Shown: one piece after another, positions 1 to 9,220 of the stretch
Layout: each line of letters starts with the position of its first letter
How positions within the stretch are numbered: the first letter of the stretch is position 1
Virus record (IMG/VR): IMGVR_UViG_3300037264_002389
Location: 74,545 to 129,257 of that record
Source: a virus
Lineage: Duplodnaviria; Heunggongvirae; Uroviricota; Caudoviricetes
DNA: 54,713 nt
Reading direction: 5' to 3' (one strand)
Translations under genes and position numbers: made by a program
Notes under the pieces: model-generated
Seen by the model: the letters and a program-made list of their open reading frames with translations, nothing else
What the model was told of the DNA's origin: nothing
The model's database searches: none

Positions 1-605
1 CTTCCAGTCCCTGGAAACCTATATATATAGTATATATCACATGGTTTTATGTTATCGATAACTCTGTATTGACCTTTGAATTTTTCTTCTAGTTCTTGAT
101 CTTGACCGCTTCCGATTTCCGGATATCCACCTACATTATTAAAGAATTCTTTTGAATACGCCCCCATAGCATGTGCAATTGATTTTTTGGGTTTAATATC
201 TATCGAGCCATTTTTCCAATACCATATCTTATCTGGTTTATAATAGTGTTTATTTTTCATGTTTGATATTGTATGACTTATTCTCCATGGCATACATATA
301 TCATCATCATCCCATGGAAATATAATTTCTCCAGAACATAGATGTACACATTTATTCCTTTTAGCACCAACTGAATCATAACGCATTGGAGAATTAATTA
401 TTTTGATTTCAGAAGAATTATATGATGATTTAATTTTCATTTTCTTACAGTCATTAAGAATAATTAATTCTTTTTTACCTGGCCAGTCTTGTCGTAAGAA
501 ACATTCAACAGCTTCATCTAATAATTTGGTCCTTCCATATGTTATGCACTGACATGATACGCTCGGTAAATGCTTCCAATGAGAAAAATCATATTGTCTA
601 AGCAT
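1..605 (-). CDS. Glycosyltransferase family 2 (3'-truncated by window edge; not in ORF track)
   Basis: Manual translation from ATG at 605: MLRQYDFSHWKHLPSVSCQCITYGRTKLLDEAVECFLRQDWPGKKELIILND...IIFPWDDDDICMPWRI. The frame is open to position 1 and has the GT-A N-terminal strand plus a DDD motif. Confidence 0.85.
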   Translation of the reverse strand, partial: MLRQYDFSHWKHLPSVSCQCITYGRTKLLDEAVECFLRQDWPGKKELIILNDCKKMKIKSSYNSSEIKIINSPMRYDSVGAKRNKCVHLCSGEIIFPWDDDDICMPWRISHTISNMKNKHYYKPDKIWYWKNGSIDIKPKKSIAHAMGAYSKEFFNNVGGYPEIGSGQDQELEEKFKGQYRVIDNIKPCDIYYIYRFPGTG

Positions 606-1437
606 ACAATTGCTCTAATCGTTGTACAATTAATTTTGACATTGGGTTAAATGTTTTCCCGTCAGAACAAGGGAACGGGTTTATATCAAAAATTAATTTA
701 ATATCGTTATTTATGTCAGAAAATCCTTCTATGTGTGCGATATCAAGACCATTTCTATATAATATTTTTCCAACGTTGCTAGTAATATTTCCTTTTAATG
801 TGTGTTCGATGCGCTCAACAGCCGCTCCAGTTTTGGGCACTCGATCTTCTGGCCTACATCTATATAAATATCCACTCATTAATTTACCACAACAATATGG
901 AACTCTAAAGAATTCACGCTTTCCATTTCTTATGTTATCAATATACTCAACTATAATATTCTTAGAAAGATGTCTGTCATTGTTTCTGTCTGGTATTACT
1001 AGATCTAAATATGATGTTTTTGTGTTTTTGATCTTTGGTGTGATGTTTTTAATTTTGGTGTTTATTATTTTATAATAATGTGGTTTTGTCCAATTCATTA
1101 ATGTTGTGTAGTTATTTAATATTTTCTTTGGTTGTATTTTGATGGTTAATGTGTTTATTCTCTGAATTAATTCTTTTGGGGTTGGATCTTTTACACAGTG
1201 CCACACAATATCAAATTTCCAATTGCTAATATCTCTAGATATCTTAAGTAATTGTTTTGAACAAAAAAGCGGATAGCATATTCTCTCTTCCAATATATTA
1301 ATACACTCTACTTCATGTCCAGATTCGATTAGATATGAAATTATCTTGTCAGGGGCTAATACCAATAAATCATTACGAGAATTTAAATGGGGTTTCCAGT
1401 TTTCATAATAAGGTGCCATTAATATTGCGATTCGCAT
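598..1437 (-). CDS. Hypothetical protein, possibly ATP-grasp-like
   Basis: 279-aa ORF. The C-terminal ...AHIEG...IFDINPFP loosely resembles the ATP-grasp E/D-x-N motif, so the product call is weak. Confidence 0.55.
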   Translation of the reverse strand: MRIAILMAPYYENWKPHLNSRNDLLVLAPDKIISYLIESGHEVECINILEERICYPLFCSKQLLKISRDISNWKFDIVWHCVKDPTPKELIQRINTLTIKIQPKKILNNYTTLMNWTKPHYYKIINTKIKNITPKIKNTKTSYLDLVIPDRNNDRHLSKNIIVEYIDNIRNGKREFFRVPYCCGKLMSGYLYRCRPEDRVPKTGAAVERIEHTLKGNITSNVGKILYRNGLDIAHIEGFSDINNDIKLIFDINPFPCSDGKTFNPMSKLIVQRLEQLYA

Positions 1438-1462
1438 ATTTTATTTACTGTATGTAAATAAT

Positions 1463-2467
1463 ATGCGCATTTGTGTTATTGGTTACCCATCAAAAGTTGG
1501 CGGGGCTGATACCGAATTAGACCATCAAATTAGATGCTGGCAGGCAATGGATGTTGAAGTACATTTGTTGCATACCGGTTTAATTGATAGCAATTTACAA
1601 CAAATGCATATGGAAAAACGTGGCTGTATTATTCATGAACCACGTAATTGGAAATCTTGTAAGGGCATGCCAGTAATATCATATTGTAATGGTCAATTTC
1701 TGAAGAGTATACGACAAATTAGAGAATATGCCACGAAGATAATGTGGGTAAATTGTATGTCCTATTTGTTTGATCTTGAAAAGGATGCTCATAAAGATGG
1801 ATTAATCGATTTTTTCATATATCAAACCGACCATGTTATGGAAAAAGTAAGGCCAGAATTAATATTAATTAATAAAGCGTTTCACTACGAAAAAATCAGA
1901 CCTTATTTTCATAAAGATGATTTTTCATATATTAGAAATAGACCAACCGATAAATTCAGATTTGGTCGAATTTCTAGAGATGATGCGGCTAAGTTTCATC
2001 AAGCTCAATTATGGGTTTATGAAGCTATGGTTGCGCCAACGCTAAAGGAAGGAATAATTTTAGGAATTAATGACACAGTGCGAAAGAAAATCGGTCAAGA
2101 ACCAAATTGGATTAAGGGATATAAAGCTGGTGCAATTTCCGCCCAAGAACTTTATAAACATTCTGAATGCGTCATTCAGATGAGTGATACTTATGAGAAT
2201 CTACCACGTATTGCTTTTGAGGCGATGTCGAGTGGTAGTATGTTGATTGTTGATAATCGTGGTGGTTGGAAAGAATTAGTATTGCACAAACAAACCGGAT
2301 TCTTATGTAATAATCAACGTGAATTTGTTTATTATTCTTCCAGAGCTGCCTTTGAACCTGAAGAAAGACGACAAGCAACGCAAAATGCCTATGATTGGTT
2401 GAATACAAATTGGAGTATGGAATCAGCGAAAAAAGAATGGTCAAGATTGTTTAATAAAATATTCTAA
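1463..2467 (+). CDS. Glycosyltransferase family 4 (GT-B)
   Basis: N-terminal GGADTE; C-terminal ENLPRIAFEAMSSG...GGWKELVLHKQTGFL matches the GT4 E-x7-E motif. Confidence 0.85.
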   Translation: MRICVIGYPSKVGGADTELDHQIRCWQAMDVEVHLLHTGLIDSNLQQMHMEKRGCIIHEPRNWKSCKGMPVISYCNGQFLKSIRQIREYATKIMWVNCMSYLFDLEKDAHKDGLIDFFIYQTDHVMEKVRPELILINKAFHYEKIRPYFHKDDFSYIRNRPTDKFRFGRISRDDAAKFHQAQLWVYEAMVAPTLKEGIILGINDTVRKKIGQEPNWIKGYKAGAISAQELYKHSECVIQMSDTYENLPRIAFEAMSSGSMLIVDNRGGWKELVLHKQTGFLCNNQREFVYYSSRAAFEPEERRQATQNAYDWLNTNWSMESAKKEWSRLFNKIF

Positions 2468-2475
2468 TGGTGGAA

Positions 2476-2895
2476 TTATTTTCGATCTGGTTTATTCTTC
2501 CAAATCATGAAAAGCTCATAGGCGCAACCCAAACACACGTTGCCTGTTAAACCAACCTTAGTTATAGAAGGAGTCCCAGGATGCTTCTTACAATCATTAT
2601 CCTTCATTATAAAATCAGTAGTGAACATCTTTGGCTTGGGCTGCTCATTTATTTCTATAGTGGTAACCTTTTTCCTAATCATCTGTGGCAATTGGATATT
2701 ACTGGTATCTGGATTGATCTCCTTTATTCCAGTAATAGCTTGAAATAGCTCCTGAAGACCACCCTTCTTCTTAGCGAGATCCAATAATAACCGCTTATCA
2801 GCAACACCACATGTCTTAGCCTGATCAATAGCAGTCTGTTTAATAATTGGGTCATTACTATTGATGGCCTCTAAAATCTTCTCGTGATCAATCAT
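2476..2895 (-). CDS. Hypothetical protein
   Basis: 139-aa ORF with C-terminal Cys/His residues. Confidence 0.7.
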   Translation of the reverse strand: MIDHEKILEAINSNDPIIKQTAIDQAKTCGVADKRLLLDLAKKKGGLQELFQAITGIKEINPDTSNIQLPQMIRKKVTTIEINEQPKPKMFTTDFIMKDNDCKKHPGTPSITKVGLTGNVCLGCAYELFMIWKNKPDRK

Positions 2896-2936
2896 ATTGC
2901 TTATATACTATTAGCTTGATATTAACTTGATATAAG

Positions 2937-2966
2937 ATGACAAGGAGGCACATGACAAGGAGGCAC
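2937..2966 (+). repeat. 15-bp exact tandem duplication containing an RBS
   Basis: atgacaaggaggcac x2, immediately before ATG 2969. Confidence 0.95.
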
Positions 2967-2968
2967 AA

Positions 2969-3193
2969 ATGGAAGCTGAAATAACACACCATGGCGTCCT
3001 AGATATCCAGGTTTGTGTCCCGAAAAATTGGTCTGATGCTGAGATCCTGGACTTTGCTAACTCAATCAATCCATCTGGTACAACGGGCGGCTGGGTGCTT
3101 AGAAAGCAGGGCGATTCACTTCTTTATGGAGATCCTGAACGTCAACCATGCACCAAACACCCAGATAAGATACATGTTATGTTAGATGCATAG
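2969..3193 (+). CDS. Hypothetical protein
   Basis: 74-aa ORF preceded by AAGGAGG. Confidence 0.75.
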   Translation: MEAEITHHGVLDIQVCVPKNWSDAEILDFANSINPSGTTGGWVLRKQGDSLLYGDPERQPCTKHPDKIHVMLDA

Positions 3194-3442
3194 TCATGTG
3201 CAACTAGACACAGCCTTCCAGAACTTTGATGTCTTATTAGTCCTTGGATTAATCGCTTCAACTCGCTTATATAAGACGTTCTGTCTCGTATCATACCAAT
3301 GAGTCTCTCTAGTAGTCTCCGCATCAGGTTCCAGGAAAGTATATAAAACTTCTCTACCACCCACTAATTCAACAAATCTAGCCGGATTACCTCCGACACT
3401 AGGATGTCCACGATATTGACCGATCTGATCGAGAAGACTCAT
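3194..3442 (-). CDS. Hypothetical protein
   Basis: 82-aa ORF co-oriented with add and gmd. Confidence 0.7.
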   Translation of the reverse strand: MSLLDQIGQYRGHPSVGGNPARFVELVGGREVLYTFLEPDAETTRETHWYDTRQNVLYKRVEAINPRTNKTSKFWKAVSSCT

Positions 3443-3465
3443 GGCTTGCTCCTCTATTATATTTG

Positions 3466-4422
3466 TTAAGATTCTAGATCAGTAAAAGCATATTTAATAG
3501 AATTCGACATTATATTAATTAATTGTTCATCATTTATACTGTGATGCTGTCTTAGCAGTTCGTATTCTTTGTCGAGAGTCGTGTTTAGTATCGCTGGATC
3601 ATCTGTTCCAATGGTTATTCGACACCCTTTTTCGATCATGCTTTTAATAGGGTGATCTTGATAATCTCTGATGACGCCAGTATAGACGTTTGAACTCAGG
3701 GCAACATCAAAACATACGTCCCGTTCGATTGCCATTTTCATTATGTCGTCATTATGGGCTGCTTGAATACCATGAGCGATACGATCAACATTCAGTTGTT
3801 CAATAGCTTGTCGTACATTCTCTCCACTTTGCGTTTCTCCAACGTGTGCCTCTAGTCCTTTCTTGGCCGATTGCCACTCTCTGCACATACCTTCATAGAA
3901 GGATGATATGAAATGAGCTTCGTCTCCTACTAAGTCTAGTCCGACTAATAAATCAGCACATTTATCAATTGTTCTTGCGTATCGTCGCTGGTTATCTCGA
4001 TTAGATTCATATTTAAGAGATAAAACTAGACCGAACATAAAGTCCCATTTTCCAGCTTGTTCTAGCATGATTTCGTGTATTAGATCAATTATATATTCTG
4101 GGGTCCAATCTGGATTATGTCTAAGATATTTGTCTATTGAAAACTTTAGTTCGACATAGTCAATCTTCTCTCCGACTATGTCCCAACATACATGCTCCAG
4201 GACTAGCCGTAGGACTTCTTCATTCCATCTAATCTCTTCTAAGAGTTTGAATTTGTTGAGGAAGGTACTGAAGTGTCGATCGTCTTTACAATTATAAGAC
4301 ATAGCTGCATGTACTTGTTCTGGTGTTAGATTCAGGGAATCTCCGTGTTGCCTTTTAAGGATTTGATAGACCGTTGAACTTCGAATAGAGCCACCTAGGT
4401 GGCGATGAAGATCTGCCTTCAT
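3466..4422 (-). CDS. add: Adenosine/adenine deaminase family protein
   Basis: DLHRHLGGS, AHVGE, RIAHG and TIGTDDP metal-binding motifs. Confidence 0.9.
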   Translation of the reverse strand: MKADLHRHLGGSIRSSTVYQILKRQHGDSLNLTPEQVHAAMSYNCKDDRHFSTFLNKFKLLEEIRWNEEVLRLVLEHVCWDIVGEKIDYVELKFSIDKYLRHNPDWTPEYIIDLIHEIMLEQAGKWDFMFGLVLSLKYESNRDNQRRYARTIDKCADLLVGLDLVGDEAHFISSFYEGMCREWQSAKKGLEAHVGETQSGENVRQAIEQLNVDRIAHGIQAAHNDDIMKMAIERDVCFDVALSSNVYTGVIRDYQDHPIKSMIEKGCRITIGTDDPAILNTTLDKEYELLRQHHSINDEQLINIMSNSIKYAFTDLES

Positions 4423-4440
4423 ACGCCAATGGTCTCCTTT

Positions 4441-5427
4441 CTATTTTTTGAGATCTGCTACAAATTTCTCTCTGCTTGCTAATTTGAGGTCATGCTCCAC
4501 CATCAGATACACAAGATCTTTAAAGCTAGTCTTGGGTTGCCATTTTAATTTGGTTCTGGCTCTGCTGTTATCACCTTGTAAGACATTGACTTCAGTTGGT
4601 CTTTTGAGTCGGTCATCAATTTTGACATATAATCTCCAGTCGAGTTTTAGGTAACTGAAGACTAATTCAATAAATTCACTTACCGAATGTGTTTCTCCAG
4701 TGGCAATTAGATAATCATCTGGTTCTGGTTGTTGCAACATGAGCCACATGGCTTCTACATAATCTTTAGCATATCCCCAGTCACGTTGTGCGTCTAAATT
4801 ACCTAATCTTAGTTCATGTTGTAAGCCGAGTTTAATTCTTGTAGCCGCTCTGGTTATTTTGCGCGTTACGAATGTTTCTCCACGACGTTCTGATTCATGA
4901 TTCATCAGAATGCCACAACATATGAACATATCATAAGCTTCCCTATAATGAACCGCAGTATGGTGAGCAAATACCTTACTACAAGCGTAAGGACTCCTTG
5001 GATGAAATGGTGTTTGCTCGTCTTGTGGTGGTGGTGAACTTCCAAATTGTTCTGATGAGGATGCTTGGTAGAATTTAGTGTTTTGTAAGTTGCTTTGTCG
5101 TATCCCTTCTAACAATCTAAGTGTTCCTATCGCTGTGGCGTCTGCCGTATAAACCGGTTCGTCAAATGAGACTCTCACATGAGATTGGGCAGCTAAATTG
5201 TAGACTTCATCTGGTTGAACAATAGTTAAAATCTTAACCAGATTGTTTGAATCGGTTACATCACCATGATGCAGATGTAATTTATCGAATATGTGATCGA
5301 TTCTATTCGTGTTGAAAGTTGACGCTCGTCTGATTATCCCGTGAACTTCATAACGCTTTTCTAGAAGCAACTCGGCCAGATAGCTCCCATCTTGGCCTGA
5401 TATTCCTGTGATTAGTGCACGTTTCAT
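4441..5427 (-). CDS. gmd: GDP-mannose 4,6-dehydratase
   Basis: [54 protein letters not shown]. Confidence 0.97.
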   Translation of the reverse strand: MKRALITGISGQDGSYLAELLLEKRYEVHGIIRRASTFNTNRIDHIFDKLHLHHGDVTDSNNLVKILTIVQPDEVYNLAAQSHVRVSFDEPVYTADATAIGTLRLLEGIRQSNLQNTKFYQASSSEQFGSSPPPQDEQTPFHPRSPYACSKVFAHHTAVHYREAYDMFICCGILMNHESERRGETFVTRKITRAATRIKLGLQHELRLGNLDAQRDWGYAKDYVEAMWLMLQQPEPDDYLIATGETHSVSEFIELVFSYLKLDWRLYVKIDDRLKRPTEVNVLQGDNSRARTKLKWQPKTSFKDLVYLMVEHDLKLASREKFVADLKK

Positions 5428-5482
5428 AATCGCTCCGGTTTGACTTCTATATACTGTGATATTTGCTTGATGTTAGGAATAA

Positions 5483-5902
5483 TTAACGACCGATTTTCTT
5501 GAATGTAATATCGCTTAATGGGAAGACACCATCAGCTATCGTTATGATCTGTGTTGTGCGTATCGCTGGAAATGGTGTGCATGGTGCTTTGCTGCCTCGT
5601 ACTACTCGGTTGGCGCTCTCATCGAAGCTTGGGGCAATATTATAATCTCTGACTCCAATTACGAATCTGGTTCTTCCTTCTGATTTGTTGATGAATTTAT
5701 CGCCAACTAAGCGGCGACGATCTTTTTTGAGTGCTACTTGATCGCCTTTTTGGATGTTGAGTCCGATGGCTTTGTATTCGACTGGTACGAAGTTTGGTTT
5801 AATTTTACCGAAGACGTTTATGTATATGGGTCTTTTGGGACATACGAAGTTATCTTCTACTAATATAACAGGTGCGTGGTTAAGGAGTGGCGGTATACTC
5901 AT
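5483..5902 (-). CDS. Hypothetical protein
   Basis: 139-aa ORF in the minus-strand gene run. Confidence 0.7.
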   Translation of the reverse strand: MSIPPLLNHAPVILVEDNFVCPKRPIYINVFGKIKPNFVPVEYKAIGLNIQKGDQVALKKDRRRLVGDKFINKSEGRTRFVIGVRDYNIAPSFDESANRVVRGSKAPCTPFPAIRTTQIITIADGVFPLSDITFKKIGR

Positions 5903-6098
5903 GCTCTATATTTGAGGATCGAATATAATTGGTCTTGGCTTCAATTATTGTCAGGTCGATTTGCCTACCATCGATACTCTCTAGATCTGGTATCGGTTTA
6001 GGTAGTCTGCAGATTCGTAATCTGGTCGTGCCTTGTTGGTCGTGGAAGTATATTACGCCTCTTTGACGATCGATTTCTAGGATGCCATCAATTAACAT
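5880..6098 (-). CDS. Hypothetical protein
   Basis: 72-aa ORF in the minus-strand gene run. Confidence 0.65.
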   Translation of the reverse strand: MLIDGILEIDRQRGVIYFHDQQGTTRLRICRLPKPIPDLESIDGRQIDLTIIEAKTNYIRSSNIEHEYTATP

Positions 6099-6109
6099 TT
6101 GTTATCCGT

Positions 6110-6442
6110 TCATGCTTCAGTAATGCTAACCTTCAGAGAATTATCATGTTGGTGCATGATTTGCGCAATGTGTTCCGCTCGTTCATAATGGGTATTACGT
6201 ATGATGATGTTCTCGTGTTTAATTGCTTTAACAATTTTCATTGAGTGCTCGTAAGTGAATCCTGCTGTGATTAATGCTTCTAGCAGTTTTTTGCTGTCTG
6301 TTCTTCTTAGAATTATGTTATATAATTTAATTGGGCCGGTTTGTTTTGGATGTTTTGCGATATGATCTAATACTTCTGCTTGGGTTTTGAAGCAGCGCGG
6401 TCTGAGTGGCAGTATGCTTCTGATGAGGCTCATTATGCTCAT
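6110..6442 (-). CDS. Hypothetical protein, possible ClpS / L7-L12 CTD-like fold
   Basis: RBS AGGAG. The C-terminal YNIIL...LLEALI...ERAEHIAQIM...LKVSITEA pattern loosely resembles ClpS. Confidence 0.5.
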   Translation of the reverse strand: MSIMSLIRSILPLRPRCFKTQAEVLDHIAKHPKQTGPIKLYNIILRRTDSKKLLEALITAGFTYEHSMKIVKAIKHENIIIRNTHYERAEHIAQIMHQHDNSLKVSITEA

Positions 6443-6626
6443 GTTTATCTCCTATGCTATTGTATCTTTGTTAAGGATCTACTAAATCTCTATTTTGATC
6501 TTTCTAGTATAGTTTTAGGTGCTTTGCCCCATGGCGTAAGTGGTCTCTTTTTGTGGCGGCAAGAGCTGAGACTGAGCAAGCTCAATAGGACTACAATTAA
6601 GAGTTTATGCACATAAATATATTTGA

Positions 6627-6974
6627 TTATGTTTTTGTATCGTATACGCGATGAACTATTATCGCCCATCGCCTGTTGTATTGTTCTTTCACTGTATCGT
6701 AATGGTACATACCGAAGTGCCAATGTGTATCATCTTCTTCAGCGCTGACACAGCGCAATTCTCCTTGGACGATCATTGCTAATACCGTTTCTAGTGTGGC
6801 TTCTATTCCAGGACGCTTTCCGTCTTCACTCACCATTCTTTGATGTAAATCTTTACTAAATGCGAGCAGGACGTTACGTACGATATATCTTACACCGTCC
6901 GATAATTGATTGAGGTCTTTGGCCCATTGTCCTTGGTATTTGGGGCCTGCTAATGTCTTGGGTAGTTCGCGCAT
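6627..6974 (-). CDS. Hypothetical protein
   Basis: 115-aa ORF with GAGGA RBS. Confidence 0.75.
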   Translation of the reverse strand: MRELPKTLAGPKYQGQWAKDLNQLSDGVRYIVRNVLLAFSKDLHQRMVSEDGKRPGIEATLETVLAMIVQGELRCVSAEEDDTHWHFGMYHYDTVKEQYNRRWAIIVHRVYDTKT

Positions 6975-7016
6975 AGGAATAATTCCTCTATAGTATAGTT
7001 TGATAGAGGAATTATT
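6975..7016. promoter_or_regulatory. GAGGAAT-W-ATTCCTC family motif; 13-bp inverted repeat
   Basis: aataattcctcta (6978-6990) and tagaggaattatt (7004-7016) are exact reverse complements and cover the RBS of 6627..6974. Confidence 0.7.
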
Positions 7017-7039
7017 TGTCTTGATAAGAATTATTTGTT

Positions 7040-7351
7040 TTATGAGTATCGATGTGCTACAACGATTCTGGTAAAGTTAGCTTTCCGCCAGTTAATTACG
7101 ACACTGAATCTAGTATTATTTGGAACACTGTCATTGGTTGCCATCTCGTTAACTACAGTCTGAATTTGTCTCCAAGCGTTGTGTATACGTGTTGCTTTCC
7201 CGTGGAATGTGAATTCATGATGTGCATCTAATGCTGTTATTTTCGCAGTAAATCCATTTACATTATAAGCATTTTGATCTATTGGGTGCCCTGAGCGGTG
7301 TTCAACATTAATCGTAACAAATGTCAACAAGATGGATAATATGATCTTCAT
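7040..7351 (-). CDS. Hypothetical protein with signal-peptide-like N-terminus
   Basis: MKIILSILLTFV; AGAGGAATTATTT-ATG initiation region. Confidence 0.75.
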   Translation of the reverse strand: MKIILSILLTFVTINVEHRSGHPIDQNAYNVNGFTAKITALDAHHEFTFHGKATRIHNAWRQIQTVVNEMATNDSVPNNTRFSVVINWRKANFTRIVVAHRYS

Positions 7352-7393
7352 AAATAATTCCTCTAATATAATTTTGTCCAGATTAATTGCATA

Positions 7394-7891
7394 CTATTCG
7401 TACTGGTCGACGAAGAAGTTCTCGATGATATCAATGGCATCTTGAATTGATTTTGCTTGTTGGGATATACTATCGACTATGAATGGGTGTGTAGCATATA
7501 AATTATGATTCTGTTCGTCAATGATTGCTATTACTGGTAATCGTAGTTCGTCTGCCCAAGCTAATTCATATATTGTGCCAACGATTGGTCTATTCGGGTC
7601 ATGTATAGCTAAGTTAACGACCACCAACGAGCTGATGCGTACTTGTTGCCTGTCTTTGCGTTTAAGGACACCAGCTGGTATTTTCTTGCTTTCTTTATTG
7701 AAATCGACTTTCCCGGTTTTTAGCTTACTGAACATTATTTGGTCGAATTTGCTGCGGCATGGATTTATGACGACGATGTCTAGTTTGCGCTTTTCAATTT
7801 CTTGTTCGAATTCTAGTCTCCAATTAAATGTGTCTATATTAGATGAGATGGAGCCTGATAGGTATACATAATGTTTCTTTGTATTGCGCAC
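7394..7891 (-). CDS. Nucleoside 2-deoxyribosyltransferase / N-glycosidase-like protein
   Basis: YVYLSGSI...WR...VINP...VGTIYELAWA...PVIAI matches the NDT/RCL-like pattern. Confidence 0.8.
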   Translation of the reverse strand: MRNTKKHYVYLSGSISSNIDTFNWRLEFEQEIEKRKLDIVVINPCRSKFDQIMFSKLKTGKVDFNKESKKIPAGVLKRKDRQQVRISSLVVVNLAIHDPNRPIVGTIYELAWADELRLPVIAIIDEQNHNLYATHPFIVDSISQQAKSIQDAIDIIENFFVDQYE

Positions 7892-7929
7892 ACTAATTAA
7901 ATACTGACATAATTTAGATATAACGGATA

Positions 7930-8481
7930 ATGGACTGTGCTACAAATGCAATTGCGTTTTGGAATCATTTGTCTCATCTAACCGATGCGAATGGCGTTAA
8001 ACATCTTCATGTTACAACATATAATATTTATTCAGCAATTATTAATTATAGCGACTATGGTGAAATTCCACCTACTCATAAATTATCTCCAGTACAAAGG
8101 ATTTTGTGTACGTTGAATAAGAATGGAGGCACATTAATCCTTGGTCGTTTGGAAAATAATAATGAGGATCTGCGCTACAATATGAAGATATGGCCCAAAA
8201 TTAATTGGAGATTTGTAGAGGACGCTCATACTAAGATGGTTATTTATACTAATAGAGACGACGTTACAAAGGTATGGGTTGGCAGTGCTAATTTGTCTGG
8301 TTCGATTAGACCAAATTTGATGTTAGAAATAAATGATAACAAGCAACGAAAATTAGTTTTGGAACATTATATAGCTTTGTCTAATCAATCTATTAAGTTA
8401 AAATCAGCATTAAAACTAGCTTCGAGGAACGCATCTATTAAGTTAAAATCAGCATTGAAACTAGCTTCGAGGAACGCATGA
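7930..8481 (+). CDS. Phospholipase D-family (single HKD-like motif) nuclease-like protein
   Basis: AHTKMVIY...VWVGSANLS. Confidence 0.75.
   Translation: MDCATNAIAFWNHLSHLTDANGVKHLHVTTYNIYSAIINYSDYGEIPPTHKLSPVQRILCTLNKNGGTLILGRLENNNEDLRYNMKIWPKINWRFVEDAHTKMVIYTNRDDVTKVWVGSANLSGSIRPNLMLEINDNKQRKLVLEHYIALSNQSIKLKSALKLASRNASIKLKSALKLASRNA
8389..8478 (+). repeat. 45-bp in-frame tandem duplication
   Basis: tctattaagttaaaatcagcattaaaactagcttcgaggaacgca x2 with 1 mismatch; encodes SIKLKSALKLASRNA x2. Confidence 0.95.
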
Positions 8482-9203
8482 GGATCATATCTGATTTTCG
8501 CGACTATTATGATTGCATTCAAGCGCACGATCTTGATAGACAGACGCTCTATATTCGTAAACCTAAAGTTATTATAATTAATGAATGGCCATTCCCAAAG
8601 ACTCCATTAAGTCCATGGAAAGGAAGTTGGTCAATAAAGCCATGCTGCATTGGATTTTGCGGTAAAGTTTACCCAACATTTAGACTTTTTAAAACTAACT
8701 CACAAGATTCGCAAGACAGTATGCCACGAGACAATGTGTTATGCCGCTCGATAGAAATGGTTGATTCATTCTTCGAATCAATAGGTGGGTATGATCGCGA
8801 TCTTTACTTTAAGAAGAAGAATAAGACGGCAAGACGGTACAATTATTATCTACATAGTGGTCATCGATCATGTTTTGAACGATATTTTGATGAATTTGAG
8901 AAACAGCGCAATAATTTCAAATCAATATTCGATGAAAGTAGAAGCCCTATTTTCGTTGCTACTTTACCTGAGAAAACTGAGATTACATTTAATGCTCGTT
9001 TAAGAGATCTTGAGTTTTATAGAGTATTCGATCCGGCACAAGCATATCAAGAGATTCTAATGTTTATAAATAATTTAGCTGTGCCGATGAAGCCAATTCC
9101 TACCATTGACGATAAGACGATGGCCGAAATTAAGGGGTTCGATCATTTAAGTTTTCGGAAAGAGCCGACTAGGAAGAGAAAGCCGACTAGGAAAAGAAAG
9201 TAA
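8478..9203 (+). CDS. Hypothetical phage protein
   Basis: 241-aa ORF with ATGA overlap; 18-bp tandem duplication at 9163-9198. Confidence 0.8.
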   Translation: MRIISDFRDYYDCIQAHDLDRQTLYIRKPKVIIINEWPFPKTPLSPWKGSWSIKPCCIGFCGKVYPTFRLFKTNSQDSQDSMPRDNVLCRSIEMVDSFFESIGGYDRDLYFKKKNKTARRYNYYLHSGHRSCFERYFDEFEKQRNNFKSIFDESRSPIFVATLPEKTEITFNARLRDLEFYRVFDPAQAYQEILMFINNLAVPMKPIPTIDDKTMAEIKGFDHLSFRKEPTRKRKPTRKRK

Positions 9204-9220
9204 GGAAGGAGTAAGAAGTC

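Noticed and set aside
713-1075. Short hydrophobic antisense ORFs (for example 713, 7521, 19514, 35879, 43810, 50535)
   Set aside because: They overlap better-supported genes on the opposite strand and lack an RBS.
7040-7891. TAG-readthrough fusion of the NDT-like gene to the next ORF
   Set aside because: The 14-codon gap is in frame and open, but the downstream gene has its own RBS and signal peptide, so chance is sufficient.
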